64,000 bases of DNA. It comes from Candidatus Latescibacterota bacterium. Lineage in GTDB: Bacteria; Latescibacterota; UBA2968; UBA8231. This document shows positions 1 through 9,811 of this stretch, piece by piece (position 1 is the stretch's first letter; each line of letters opens with the position of its first letter). The stretch is taken from positions 320,001 to 384,000 of the forward strand of contig OZ253462.1 in NCBI GenBank assembly GCA_965261395.1, in the 5' to 3' direction. Position numbers and translations under genes: made by a program. Below the pieces are notes generated by a model, which was not told the origin of the DNA, ran no database searches, and saw only the letters and a program-made list of their open reading frames with translations.

Positions 1-19
1 TTGTCCCAAATGTAAGCAA

Positions 20-443
20 GTTTGGAATATTGACCCGATTACTAGGGGATTGAAACTATCACCAAGCAACGTCGTGTAACGCCCATTAGCCTCCAAGTTT
101 GGAATATTGACCCGATTACTAGGGGATTGAAACGTCTTGTCGCCCGTCTCTGGTGGATTTAACTGACATATAGTTTGGAATATTGACCCGATTACTAGGG
201 GATTGAAACGGGTCGGCGATGGTGAACGGCGAGGTGAACGCTACGTTGACGTTTGGAATATTGACCCGATTACTAGGGGATTGAAACCGGCCAGCTCCAG
301 TAGCCGAGCTTTAATTATCCGGCGATGTTTGGAACTATGACCCGATTGCTAGGGAATTGAAACATTGAGGCGGCGGCGCAAAATGAAGCGAAGTATGCTG
401 GTTGTAGTTTGGAACTATGACCCGATTGCTAGGGAATTGAAAC
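20..443 (+). CRISPR. CRISPR array, trailer end: 6 repeats and 5 full spacers; probably continues left of the window
   Basis: 37-bp repeat GTTTGGAATATTGACCCGATTACTAGGGGATTGAAAC at 20, 97, 173 and 251; variant GTTTGGAACTATGACCCGATTGCTAGGGAATTGAAAC at 327 and 407. Spacers are 40, 39, 41, 39 and 43 bp. The 3' ATTGAAAC end is typical of Cas6-processed class 1 repeats. Confidence 0.97.
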
Positions 444-584
444 ATTGAGGCGGATTGCGGATATCCATAACGACGTATGGATTTTGCTAGAAGCGCTAAT
501 TATGAGGCGATCATAGACACACTAGCTTGATGCGGTCATAAGTTCACTTAGTTTAGCAGCAAACCAAAACAAAGGAAAACACCC

Positions 585-1676
585 GTGAAAGCTTGGCGTT
601 TCTATGCCTTCGGCGACATGCGGCTCGACGACATTGAGCTAGCGGCCTGCCCACCCGACCACGTGCTAGTCGAGCCGCTGGTAGTCCAGCCCAGCGCGAC
701 CGAAGCCCAGCTCGCCTTTGGAATTCCGACCTTGGCGTACGACCACATCAAGAGCCGGCTGGAGACAGACGCGCCGCTCCAGCTCTTCGGCCACGAGTTT
801 TGCGCCCGGATTGTAGAGGTCGGGTCGGCGGTCGCAGGATACGCACCCGGCGACCGCGTGGCGGCCCGCGCCAAGCTGCCCTGCGGCGACTGCTCCATGT
901 GCCACTCCCAGCGCAGCGACGACTGCCGGCGCGGCCCGATCATCGGCTTCCAACTGCCCGGCTGCTTTGCCGAGCGCGCCCTGCTCCCGGCCATTGCGCT
1001 GGTCAAGGTCGATGACCGCATCTCCGACAGCGAGGCCGCCACCCTGCAATCGCTGAGCGACAGCATCGCCGGAGTCGAGACCGCACAGATCCGACCGGGC
1101 GATTCCGTCGCCGTCTTTGGCCAAGGCAGCATGGGCATCGAAAGTATGCAGGCCGCGCGCGCCTGCGGAGCGGGCCAGCTCATCACCGTGGATGTGCGGC
1201 CCGAGGCTTGCGAGATCTCGCTCGCGCTGGGGGCCGATCACGCAATCAACGCCCGCGAGGACGATCCGGTCGAGGCAATCCGCGACCTGACCGGCGGCGA
1301 GGGTGCAGACGTGGTATTCGAGTGCGCCGGCGGCAGCGTCAAGCAGGGACTAGCCGGCGACCGAGCGCTCAAACAGGCCATGCACGCGGTGCGCTCCGGC
1401 GGCAAGCTGGTGGGCGTTTCTTGGTTTGGAACACCCCTAGAACTGGATGTGGACCTGCTGCGGGAACGCAGCCTGCGCTACCTCTTCCCGGACATCAGCT
1501 CGCAGGCCCATCTAGAGTACACGGTGCGGTTGGTGGCCTCGGGACGCATCAGCATGAAACCCACCATCCGGCACGTCTTAGAGGGAATCGATAAGGTGCC
1601 GGAGGCATTTGAAATCACGGCGCACAAAGCCCAATACCAAGCCATCAATCCCGCGCAGGTCGTGATCGCCACTTAG
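585..1676 (+). CDS. Zn-dependent alcohol dehydrogenase (MDR family)
   Basis: GHE motif, structural CxxCxxC...C, GQGSMG Rossmann motif; RBS before the GTG start. Confidence 0.9.
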   Translation: MKAWRFYAFGDMRLDDIELAACPPDHVLVEPLVVQPSATEAQLAFGIPTLAYDHIKSRLETDAPLQLFGHEFCARIVEVGSAVAGYAPGDRVAARAKLPCGDCSMCHSQRSDDCRRGPIIGFQLPGCFAERALLPAIALVKVDDRISDSEAATLQSLSDSIAGVETAQIRPGDSVAVFGQGSMGIESMQAARACGAGQLITVDVRPEACEISLALGADHAINAREDDPVEAIRDLTGGEGADVVFECAGGSVKQGLAGDRALKQAMHAVRSGGKLVGVSWFGTPLELDVDLLRERSLRYLFPDISSQAHLEYTVRLVASGRISMKPTIRHVLEGIDKVPEAFEITAHKAQYQAINPAQVVIAT

Positions 1677-2527
1677 GGAATATCTGGATAGTTCAACGGC
1701 ATCCCCGTCTTGCCCAGCTCGTAGTGCGCTATGTGCCAACGCCCCAAGTTGGCGCTGAGAAAGAGCGACCGATCCGGGCCGCAGAAGGCGATATTGGTCG
1801 GAGCCGCCATGGCAGTGCCCTCGTAATCGTCGGCCAAAATGTCGAGTTGACCGTCGGCATACCGATAGATGCGGTCCGGGCGATAGCAAGAGCAGTACAG
1901 AGTGCCCCCGTCGTCAAAGGCAAGGCCGTCGGGAACGGTCTGCGGCAGGTCGAACACGGTCTCGGCGGCACCGGCGCGGCCGTCGGCCTCGATTTTGATG
2001 CGGGCTACGCGGGGGTTGATGCTCATGGCCACATAGAGGTATTCGCCCGTCGCATCCAGCGCTGTGCCATTGGGGAAATCTGGCAGGGCGCGGCTCCACA
2101 CCTCGCCTTGGCCTCCTGGGGCGATCCTGCAAATCCAACCGTCGTTTTTGTGCCAGCCTCCGGAATTGGACACATAGAGGTTGCCAGCCGCGTCAAAGAC
2201 CGGGTAGTTGGCCGCGCTCAGTGGCACCTCGCCCACGCGGTCGCAATACGTGCTAACCGCACCGTCCGGCTCGACCCGCTTGACGCCGTTGCTACAGACA
2301 TACAGGCGGTGCTGGGCATCCTGACAGATGCCGCCGACAAAGCCGCCGACTTGGGCGAACTCTTCGAATTCGCGCCGGGCCAAATCGATGCGGTATATCT
2401 GGCCTGCTTCGCCGCCGGCATAGGCATAGCCATCGCAGCCCCAAGCAATGCACTCGGGATGGTCGAGGCCGCTGCCAAAGTCGCCGATAATCGCTGAAAT
2501 TTGGGTGTGGGTATCGAGAAGAGCCAT
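1673..2527 (-). CDS. SMP-30/gluconolactonase family protein
   Basis: GLDHPE, FPNG, VPDGLAFD and PTNIAF propeller motifs; start re-set to MALLDT (ATG at 2527). Confidence 0.88.
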   Translation of the reverse strand: MALLDTHTQISAIIGDFGSGLDHPECIAWGCDGYAYAGGEAGQIYRIDLARREFEEFAQVGGFVGGICQDAQHRLYVCSNGVKRVEPDGAVSTYCDRVGEVPLSAANYPVFDAAGNLYVSNSGGWHKNDGWICRIAPGGQGEVWSRALPDFPNGTALDATGEYLYVAMSINPRVARIKIEADGRAGAAETVFDLPQTVPDGLAFDDGGTLYCSCYRPDRIYRYADGQLDILADDYEGTAMAAPTNIAFCGPDRSLFLSANLGRWHIAHYELGKTGMPLNYPDIP

Positions 2528-2603
2528 AACGTTCCTTTCGCAATAGAGGTTGCAAGGTCGGCACCGACGGTAATTCAAAGTCGCCGCGCCGACAAGCCCA
2601 TTA

Positions 2604-2632
2604 TTGACAGCCGCCCACGGGTGCGCTATGGT
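2604..2632 (+). promoter_or_regulatory. sigma70-like promoter for the 2665 operon
   Basis: TTGACA (2604) - 17 bp - TATGGT (2627), about 30 bp upstream of the start codon. Confidence 0.55.
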
Positions 2633-2664
2633 CTGCTCGCCCAACATTCACCCCGGAAGGCCCC

Positions 2665-3798
2665 GTGAAAGCCACTAAAATCGAACGCTTGGAGCCGATC
2701 CTCTGGCACCGCTGGCTCCTCCTGAAAATCCACTGCGAAGACGGCACTATCGGCATCGGCGAGGGCGGCGTCCACGGCTGGCAGCGGCCCACCAAAACCA
2801 TGCTCGAAACCATGGCCCCGGCCCTCGTTGGCCAGGACCCTGCCCGCATCGAGCACCACTACCAGTGGCTCTACCGCTCATCGCACTTTATGGGATCGGT
2901 CGTCCAAGGAGCGCTCTCGGCCATTGACATCGCCCTGTGGGATATCAAGGGCAAGCGACTCGACGTGCCGATCTATGACTTGATGGGCGGCAAGACCCGC
3001 GACAAGGTCCGCTGCTACATGCACGTCGGCGGCGATTCGCTCGACGCGCTCGTCGCCGATGGCTTGGCCAAGGTGCAGCAGGGCTTTACCGCCCTCCGCT
3101 TCTCGCCCTTTGCGCCCAACTACTACCTGCACAAGTCCTACGCCGAGTGGGCCGACGAAGCCGTGCGCCGCGTCGGCGCGCTGCGCGAAGCCGTTGGCAA
3201 TGGCATCGACCTCTGCGTCGAGATCCACCGCCAGATGAATCCCGCCGAATCGATTTGGCTCGGCCGCCGCCTCGAACAATTTCACCCGTACTTCTACGAA
3301 GACCCCATGCTGCCCGACAGCCCGGCGATCATGGGCGAGGTCCAAGCCCAGTGCAATATCCCCATCGCCACCGGCGAACGCTTTTCCAGCATCTTCGAGT
3401 ACCAACAACTCCTCGATGCTAAGGCCACCTCCTACATCCGGCCGGACGTTTGCCTGTGCAGCGGCTTGACCGGATCCAAGAAGGTCGCGGCCATGGCCGA
3501 AGCCCGCCACGTCAAAGTCATTCCGCACAATCCCCTCAGCCCGGTCAGCACGGCCGCCTGCATCCAGCTCGACGCCTGCATCCCCAATTTCGCCTTGCAG
3601 GAATACACCGGCGAAGCCGAGCCGCCCAAGAGCGAACTGTTGGTCGAGCCGCTGCAATTAGAAAAAGGCTACTTGATCGTGCCCGAGGGACCCGGCCTCG
3701 GGATCGCGCTCAACGAGGAGGCCTTGCGCCTCCATCCAGTCCAAGACAAGGTCCTCGACGCGCCCATCGGCTACGACGGGTCGGTGCAAGACCGCTAA
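2665..3798 (+). CDS. Mandelate racemase/galactonate dehydratase-like enolase-superfamily protein
   Basis: SAIDIALWDIKGK, EDP, ATGER, PHNP and GPGLG motifs (DgoD-like). Confidence 0.88.
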   Translation: MKATKIERLEPILWHRWLLLKIHCEDGTIGIGEGGVHGWQRPTKTMLETMAPALVGQDPARIEHHYQWLYRSSHFMGSVVQGALSAIDIALWDIKGKRLDVPIYDLMGGKTRDKVRCYMHVGGDSLDALVADGLAKVQQGFTALRFSPFAPNYYLHKSYAEWADEAVRRVGALREAVGNGIDLCVEIHRQMNPAESIWLGRRLEQFHPYFYEDPMLPDSPAIMGEVQAQCNIPIATGERFSSIFEYQQLLDAKATSYIRPDVCLCSGLTGSKKVAAMAEARHVKVIPHNPLSPVSTAACIQLDACIPNFALQEYTGEAEPPKSELLVEPLQLEKGYLIVPEGPGLGIALNEEALRLHPVQDKVLDAPIGYDGSVQDR

Positions 3799-3807
3799 GG
3801 ATACATC

Positions 3808-4659
3808 ATGGATTTTGCAAAATTAGCAGACGAACAACGCGAATTTTTCGACGCCAACGGCTATCTCATCATCCCCAATGCGCTCGATCAGCAGACCATC
3901 GATCAGGTTGCCGCAGCCGCCGACCGCCTGATGGACGACTTTGCCTACGAGGGCTATTACCAGCACCGCCGTGACGGTATCGTCCAAGACCCAACCCTCG
4001 CCAAGCTGGCCATCGCCTCGGCGATCGTCCCGCTCGTCATCCAGGTCCTCGGCACCCATATCCACATCACCAACACGGCCCTGATCTACAAACACCCCCA
4101 GCCCGCCGACGACCCCGTCGACTGCACCTGGCACCGCGACGTGGGTGTCCACCTCGACTTGGGGCACGCCCGTATTCCGCGCGTTGGCCTCAAGGTTGGC
4201 TACTGCCTCACCGACATGGACGGCCCCCATACCGGCGCCACGCTCTTCGCGCCCGGTAGCAATCGCCTCGCCGAACCCCTCGTCATCCCCAAAGACCGGA
4301 TCCATCCCGCAGAGTACCTCGAACCCCGCCTCAAAGCCGGCGACGCCTTTCTCTTTGAAAGCCGCATCTACCACGGCGCGGCGATCAACAGCCAAGACCA
4401 TGTCTCCAAGGTCGCGATGTTTGGCTATCACTACGGCTGGATCCGCCCCGATTACTATATGCGCTACTACGACGGCGAGGCCCAACCGAGCGCGGCCGTG
4501 GTCGCCGACCTCGACGACGTCGGCCGCCAGCTCCTAGGGGCCACCGCCGACGCGCAAGGACGCGAAGACCCCAACGGCATCCACTGGCCCATCGCCGAAT
4601 GGACCGCCGAACACGGGTTGTCTTTGGCAAGAGCACCGCAGCGAATCGACGCGGTGTAA
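3808..4659 (+). CDS. PhyH-family Fe/2OG dioxygenase
   Basis: FFDANGYL, WHRD...H, PGS. Confidence 0.85.
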   Translation: MDFAKLADEQREFFDANGYLIIPNALDQQTIDQVAAAADRLMDDFAYEGYYQHRRDGIVQDPTLAKLAIASAIVPLVIQVLGTHIHITNTALIYKHPQPADDPVDCTWHRDVGVHLDLGHARIPRVGLKVGYCLTDMDGPHTGATLFAPGSNRLAEPLVIPKDRIHPAEYLEPRLKAGDAFLFESRIYHGAAINSQDHVSKVAMFGYHYGWIRPDYYMRYYDGEAQPSAAVVADLDDVGRQLLGATADAQGREDPNGIHWPIAEWTAEHGLSLARAPQRIDAV

Positions 4660-4772
4660 GGTTAGGATTGGCACGCGAACGAAACGCACATCGCGGAGGA
4701 AGAAATCTCCGCGTCGAGAGTGTGTCGCGTATTTAAGAAATCGCACCCCAACAGAAAGGCTCTAGTACCACC

Positions 4773-6200
4773 ATGAAAATCCGCCCCTTCAGCACGAGAC
4801 ACCTCTCGCACTGCATCCTAGCCACCCTCATCACCACCATAGCCTCCATGACCCACGCCCAAGCCGATTCCGACCGCATCCAGCCCTATGACGCCAATCC
4901 GCGCTACTGGCAATACAAAGGCCAGCCCGTGCTCCTGCTAGGTGGAACGATCAAAGACTGCCTCTTCCAAATACCCGATCTCAAAGCCCATCTCGACCTG
5001 CTGCAATCGGTCGGCGGCAACTACGTGCGCAATACCATGAGCGACCGGCGCGTCTACGGCTATGAGGTCCCAGCCTTCCACCAAAATGCCGACGGCCAGT
5101 ACGACCTCAACCGCTGGAACCCGACGTATTGGCAGCGCTTTGCCGATTTTCTGCGCTGGACCGCAGAGCGCGACATCATCGTCCAGATAGAAATGTGGGA
5201 TCGCTTTGACCACAGCCAACAATATTGGCAAGAAGGCCCTCTCAATCCGGCCAACAATATCAACTATACCGTCGAGGAATCGGGCCTAGAAACGGACTAT
5301 CCCGTCCACCCTGGCGGCAACCGGCAGCCTTTTTTCTATACCGTCCCCACTTTGCGCAACAACCAAGTCGTGCTGCCTTACCAACAGGCCTTCGTCGATC
5401 AAGTCCTCAAGCATTCCCTCGCCTACGACCACGTGCTCTACTGCATGGACAACGAAACCAGCGGCGACCCTGCGTGGGGTGCCTATTGGAACGACTATAT
5501 CAAGGAGCGGGCGCAGCAGGCGGGCAAGACCGTTGAAACCACGGAAATGTGGGACGAGTGGGACGTGCGCGGGCAGACCCATCGCGCCACCTTCGACCAC
5601 CCAGAGCAGTATTCTTTCATCGACATCTCGCAGAATAGCTGGCAGCGCGAGCAGACCAATTGGGATCGCGCGCAGTGGGTGTGGCAGTACATCGCCGCCC
5701 AGCCTCGGCCGATCAATTCGACCAAGATCTACGGTGCCGAGACCCACCGGGATCAAAGCCGAGGCATCGACGCCCGCCACGCCACCGAGTGCTTTTGGCG
5801 CAACCTCATCGGTGGCTTCGCCTCCAGCCGCTTTCATCGGCCGGATTCCGGCATCGGGCTAAGCCCCCAAGCTCAAGCCCACATTCGCAGCGGTCGTCTG
5901 CTGTCCGAGGTCTTCGACTTTTTCAACGCCGCGCCGGATTCCGACAGCGCCCTGCTGCGCGACCGCGCCGCCAACGAGGCCTATCTCAGCCGCGTCCCCG
6001 GCCGCCAGTACGCGCTCTACTTTACCGACGGCGGCGCTGTGGGTCTTGATCTGACTGGGGCAGAAAGTACCTTCGAGGTCCAATGGCTCGACATTGCCGC
6101 CAGCACCTGGACTGCCACCGCCGACTTAGACGGTGGCAGTGTAGTGCAACTAGCCCCTCCCCGAGGCGGCCCCTCGGTCGCCCTGCTGACGCGGCGATAG
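4773..6200 (+). CDS. Secreted glycoside-hydrolase-like TIM barrel with C-terminal beta domain (DUF4038/collagen-binding-like)
   Basis: Signal peptide; NPRYWQYKGQPVLLLG, MDNE and YALYFTDGG motifs. Confidence 0.6.
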   Translation: MKIRPFSTRHLSHCILATLITTIASMTHAQADSDRIQPYDANPRYWQYKGQPVLLLGGTIKDCLFQIPDLKAHLDLLQSVGGNYVRNTMSDRRVYGYEVPAFHQNADGQYDLNRWNPTYWQRFADFLRWTAERDIIVQIEMWDRFDHSQQYWQEGPLNPANNINYTVEESGLETDYPVHPGGNRQPFFYTVPTLRNNQVVLPYQQAFVDQVLKHSLAYDHVLYCMDNETSGDPAWGAYWNDYIKERAQQAGKTVETTEMWDEWDVRGQTHRATFDHPEQYSFIDISQNSWQREQTNWDRAQWVWQYIAAQPRPINSTKIYGAETHRDQSRGIDARHATECFWRNLIGGFASSRFHRPDSGIGLSPQAQAHIRSGRLLSEVFDFFNAAPDSDSALLRDRAANEAYLSRVPGRQYALYFTDGGAVGLDLTGAESTFEVQWLDIAASTWTATADLDGGSVVQLAPPRGGPSVALLTRR

Positions 6201-6204
6201 CATT

Positions 6205-7143
6205 ATGACCACTAGCGACCGCGTCTTCTTCGGCCAGACCGATCTTCAGGTCTCGCGCTTGTGCCAAGGCACCGCCTTTCGCCACCTGCCCCGCGCCGAC
6301 AACCCCCAATCCCTAGCCGTGCTCCACCACTGCTTGGACCAAGGCGTCAACTTCTTCGACACAGCGCAGGCCTACGGTTGGGGCGGAGCCGAGGAGGTAT
6401 TGGGGCGGGCGATCGCTGGTCGGCGCGACGAGGTCGTTATTTGCACCAAAATTCCTGCTTCGCTGGCCCCCACAAGCGACGGTGATCCCGGCAAGCACGT
6501 CCGCTATACCCGCGCTCATCTCACCGACCGTCTCGAAGAAAGTCTCCGTCGCCTCCGCACCGACCACGTCGATCTCTACCTTTTACACCACCGCGACGCG
6601 GACACGCCGCCGGAGGCCATCGCCGAGGTCATGGAGGATCTGGTGCAGGCCGGCAAGACTCGCTACTGGGGCGTCTCCAACCACCGCGCCGCCGAAGTCG
6701 CAGCCTTTCTCGACCTAGCTCCCATCGCTGGCGTCGAGGACTACTACAATATCGCCGGCAGCCACTGCGACGAAATGGGACGCTCGCGAGTAGAAATCTA
6801 CGAGGAAGAAATGTTGCCCCTGCTGCGGCGCACCGGCCTAGGCTGCCTAGCCTTCAGCCCGATGGACACCGGCCTCCTAGCCCGCCCCAACGACCCAGCC
6901 CTCGCCGCTTTAGTCGCCGCCATCGACCAAGTCGCCGCCGACTTAGGCACCTCCCGCGCTGCCGTCTGCGTCGCTTGGGTCCTACATCAGGGCCTTACCT
7001 GTGTACTCGCTGGTGCCGAAAGCGCCGCGCACGTCGACGCCAATCTCCAAGGCACCTGTCTCCAATTTCCCGCGGACGCCCTCGCCGCCCTCGACCAAGC
7101 GCGCCGCACCTACCGCGCCAGCCAACAGGAGCAACGCCCGTGA
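6205..7143 (+). CDS. Aldo/keto reductase
   Basis: GVNFFDTAQAYG, SLRRLRTDHVDLYLLH, WGVSN. Confidence 0.9.
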   Translation: MTTSDRVFFGQTDLQVSRLCQGTAFRHLPRADNPQSLAVLHHCLDQGVNFFDTAQAYGWGGAEEVLGRAIAGRRDEVVICTKIPASLAPTSDGDPGKHVRYTRAHLTDRLEESLRRLRTDHVDLYLLHHRDADTPPEAIAEVMEDLVQAGKTRYWGVSNHRAAEVAAFLDLAPIAGVEDYYNIAGSHCDEMGRSRVEIYEEEMLPLLRRTGLGCLAFSPMDTGLLARPNDPALAALVAAIDQVAADLGTSRAAVCVAWVLHQGLTCVLAGAESAAHVDANLQGTCLQFPADALAALDQARRTYRASQQEQRP

Positions 7144-8021
7144 ACATCGTCGACGCCCATATCCACGTCTGGTCCTCTGACTTCGACCAGTATCCGCTGG
7201 CCCCCGGCTTTACGCCCGCCGACCTGTGGCTGCCCTCTTTTACACCCGTCGATCACTTTGCGTATAGCCGCAAGGCCGGCAAGGTCCGCCTCAACCTAGT
7301 GCAGATGACCTGGTACGGCCTCGACCACCGCTACATCCTCGATCTGATCGCCTCGGATCCTGAGACTTATACGGGCACCGGCATCGTCCCCGGCGTCTCC
7401 GACGTGTCGCTGGCCGATCCGGGCAAGACCATGCTCGCCTTGGCCGAGGGGGGCATTCGCGCCTTCCGCGTGCGCGGCGGCAGCACGGGGCGTCCGACCG
7501 CCTTTGGCCGCCTGGATCGCTGGCTCGACTATCCGGGCTACGAATCGATGTTCCGCACCGGGGCCGAGCACAATCTGGCCCTTAGCTTCCTCATGGGACT
7601 CACAGACCTGCCCGGCCTGATCCGCCTCTGCCGCCGCTTTCCCGCAACCCCCGTGATCCTCGACCATCTCTGCGGGGTGCGCATCCGCGACGGCGTCTGG
7701 CCCGAAGGCGATATCCGCACGCTCTGCAACATGGCCCGCTACCCGCGCGTCATGGTCAAGCTCGGTCCGTTCCAAGCCCTCGGCGATGGCGAGGCTCCTT
7801 ACCTCGACCTCCTGCCCCTCATCGAGCGCGTCGTCGATGCCTTTGGGCCCGAGCGCGTCATGTGGGAAAGCGACAGCGGCGGTCCTGTCCGCATGAAAAA
7901 TCCCGCCAATGACTTTGCCGCGGCGATCGCCCTGATCCGCGACCACGCCGACTTCCTCAGCCCGAGCGACAAGGAGCAGATCCTAGTCAAAACAGCCGAG
8001 AATTTCTTCTTCAATCGCTAG
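7140..8021 (+). CDS. Amidohydrolase_2 family (lactonase-like)
   Basis: IVDAHIHVW, VILDHL, FGPERVMWESD; GTG start overlaps the previous stop. Confidence 0.85.
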   Translation: MNIVDAHIHVWSSDFDQYPLAPGFTPADLWLPSFTPVDHFAYSRKAGKVRLNLVQMTWYGLDHRYILDLIASDPETYTGTGIVPGVSDVSLADPGKTMLALAEGGIRAFRVRGGSTGRPTAFGRLDRWLDYPGYESMFRTGAEHNLALSFLMGLTDLPGLIRLCRRFPATPVILDHLCGVRIRDGVWPEGDIRTLCNMARYPRVMVKLGPFQALGDGEAPYLDLLPLIERVVDAFGPERVMWESDSGGPVRMKNPANDFAAAIALIRDHADFLSPSDKEQILVKTAENFFFNR

Positions 8022-8052
8022 GAATAAACAATCACCAAAACATAGGACCGCC

Positions 8053-8871
8053 ATGGAACTCACCGACGCCCATCTCGACGAATTAGAACAACGAGGTTTT
8101 ATCATCCTGCCCGGCTTCCGCCACGGCGAGGAGCTAAAAGCAATGCAGCAAGCCCAGCGCCGCATCCTGCCATCGTGGGATGAAGTAAAGGACGACCCGC
8201 CCGCCGGCCGCGCCACCCTCACCGAATTCCCGCCCCCCGAAATGGCGCTGCTGCGCGGCATCGTCCACCACCAAGCCTGGGCCTTCGCCAAGAAGTGGTT
8301 TGGCAGCGAGCATATCCACTTCCGCTCCGGTTGCATGATCGCCCGCTATCCAGGTTTCAAAGGCGGCGGTACCGGCTCGGACGCCTCCGCGCTGCATTTC
8401 GACAATGGCAACAACTCGCTGCTGCCGCCCTCCGACTCAGCCCGCGCCTTCGGCCAGCTCGTTTTCTGGCACCACCTCGAAGCAGTCGGTGAGGACCAGG
8501 CACCGCTGCGATTGATCCCCAAAGAACATGGCCGCGATATGAGCAAAGCCGAGCCGCTCGTCTGCGAAGCCGGCACCCTCTGCGTCTTCACCAATTACAC
8601 CATGCACTCCGCCAGCGACTATCTGTGCACCGACGGCCAGCGCTACACCTGGGGTTTCGGCCTCGGCCGCGCCGACCACTGCTGGGAGGGTTTCCGCCAT
8701 TACACCGACAAGGGCAAAAACCCGATCTTCAGCGAATTCATCGGCACCCTCACCGCCGCCGAAAGGGAAGTCTTCCGCTTCCCGCCCGCCGGCCACGCTT
8801 ATTACACACCGCAAACCCTCGCCGCCCTCGAAGAGCAGTACCCCGGCTGGAACGCCCGCAATGAGTACTGA
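8053..8871 (+). CDS. PhyH-family dioxygenase
   Basis: RGFIIL, LHFD...MHS. Confidence 0.75.
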   Translation: MELTDAHLDELEQRGFIILPGFRHGEELKAMQQAQRRILPSWDEVKDDPPAGRATLTEFPPPEMALLRGIVHHQAWAFAKKWFGSEHIHFRSGCMIARYPGFKGGGTGSDASALHFDNGNNSLLPPSDSARAFGQLVFWHHLEAVGEDQAPLRLIPKEHGRDMSKAEPLVCEAGTLCVFTNYTMHSASDYLCTDGQRYTWGFGLGRADHCWEGFRHYTDKGKNPIFSEFIGTLTAAEREVFRFPPAGHAYYTPQTLAALEEQYPGWNARNEY

Positions 8872-8973
8872 CTCGGTGGAGGGTCTGCCTGCGGGCCTAC
8901 CTTGATCCACCTCTCCCCATTCCGTACACTCCCCCAACTAGCCCACCCCACCGTCCCCAAAGGAGTCCCAACC

Positions 8974-9780
8974 GTGAAAATCGGCCTCTACGCCTCCATG
9001 TTCGGCAAAGACGATCCCCCGACTCTGCAAAGCATCGAAAGCTATATCGACCACGCCTATGACCTCCGTCTCGATTTGATCGACTTCCGCAGCAACCGCG
9101 GCTTCAGCTCTTCAGAGCCGGACTACCTCATCAAAACCAAACTCGCCTGCATCGAAAAGGGCCTTGCCATCGGCTACTTGGCTTCCGGTGGGCACTTTGT
9201 CGGCAGCGACGAGGAGTTGCGCGGCAAGGTCGCCACCGCCAAGGCCGACATGGACATCGCGCTGATACTAGGCGCGCCCATGATCCGCCTGTTCTGCGGC
9301 CAGCCCCTCATCGACCCGGAGGAACGCGCACGCGAAATCCGCTGCTTTCAGGAGGTCGCCGACTACGGCCTCGAAATAGGCATCGCCATGGGCTTGCAAA
9401 ACCACCCCTCCACCGGCGACGACGTCATACGCATCATCGAGGAAACCGACCGGCCCAACTTTAGCTTCCTGCTCGACACCGGCCAGTGGTGCGGCTCGCC
9501 GGGCCGCAACCGAGGCATTCCCGACCCGGACCACGACATCTACGCCTACATGCAGCAGACCGCCCATCTAGCCACCCACGTCCGCGCCAAATTCTATAAG
9601 ATCGACAGCGGCAAAGAGGAGTGGATCGACTACGAGCGCATCGTCCCCATCCTCGCCGAGGCTGGGTACAACGGGCCGCTCTCCGTCGTCTTTGAAGGCC
9701 AAGACATCAACGATTGCGACGACAAGGAAGTCATGCGCTTGGCGGCCGCACAACTGCGGGATTTGGTCTCCCGGCTCTAA
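8974..9780 (+). CDS. Sugar phosphate isomerase/epimerase (AP endonuclease 2 TIM barrel)
   Basis: GLQNH, LDTG, GYNGPLSVVFEG; AAGGAG before GTG at 8974. Confidence 0.8.
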   Translation: MKIGLYASMFGKDDPPTLQSIESYIDHAYDLRLDLIDFRSNRGFSSSEPDYLIKTKLACIEKGLAIGYLASGGHFVGSDEELRGKVATAKADMDIALILGAPMIRLFCGQPLIDPEERAREIRCFQEVADYGLEIGIAMGLQNHPSTGDDVIRIIEETDRPNFSFLLDTGQWCGSPGRNRGIPDPDHDIYAYMQQTAHLATHVRAKFYKIDSGKEEWIDYERIVPILAEAGYNGPLSVVFEGQDINDCDDKEVMRLAAAQLRDLVSRL

Positions 9781-9811
9781 CGCCAACCCCTTGCCGAATA
9801 GAGACTAGGCC

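Noticed and set aside
444-1676. cas genes or tracrRNA next to the array
   Set aside because: The downstream gene is a metabolic dehydrogenase and no anti-repeat was noticed; the array end here is the trailer.
4660-4760. Possible ncRNA or riboswitch hairpin (CGCGGAG...CTCCGCG); similar hairpins at 11740-11800 and 16958-17020
   Set aside because: Only short stems with no recognisable family motif; cannot be supported without an Rfam scan.
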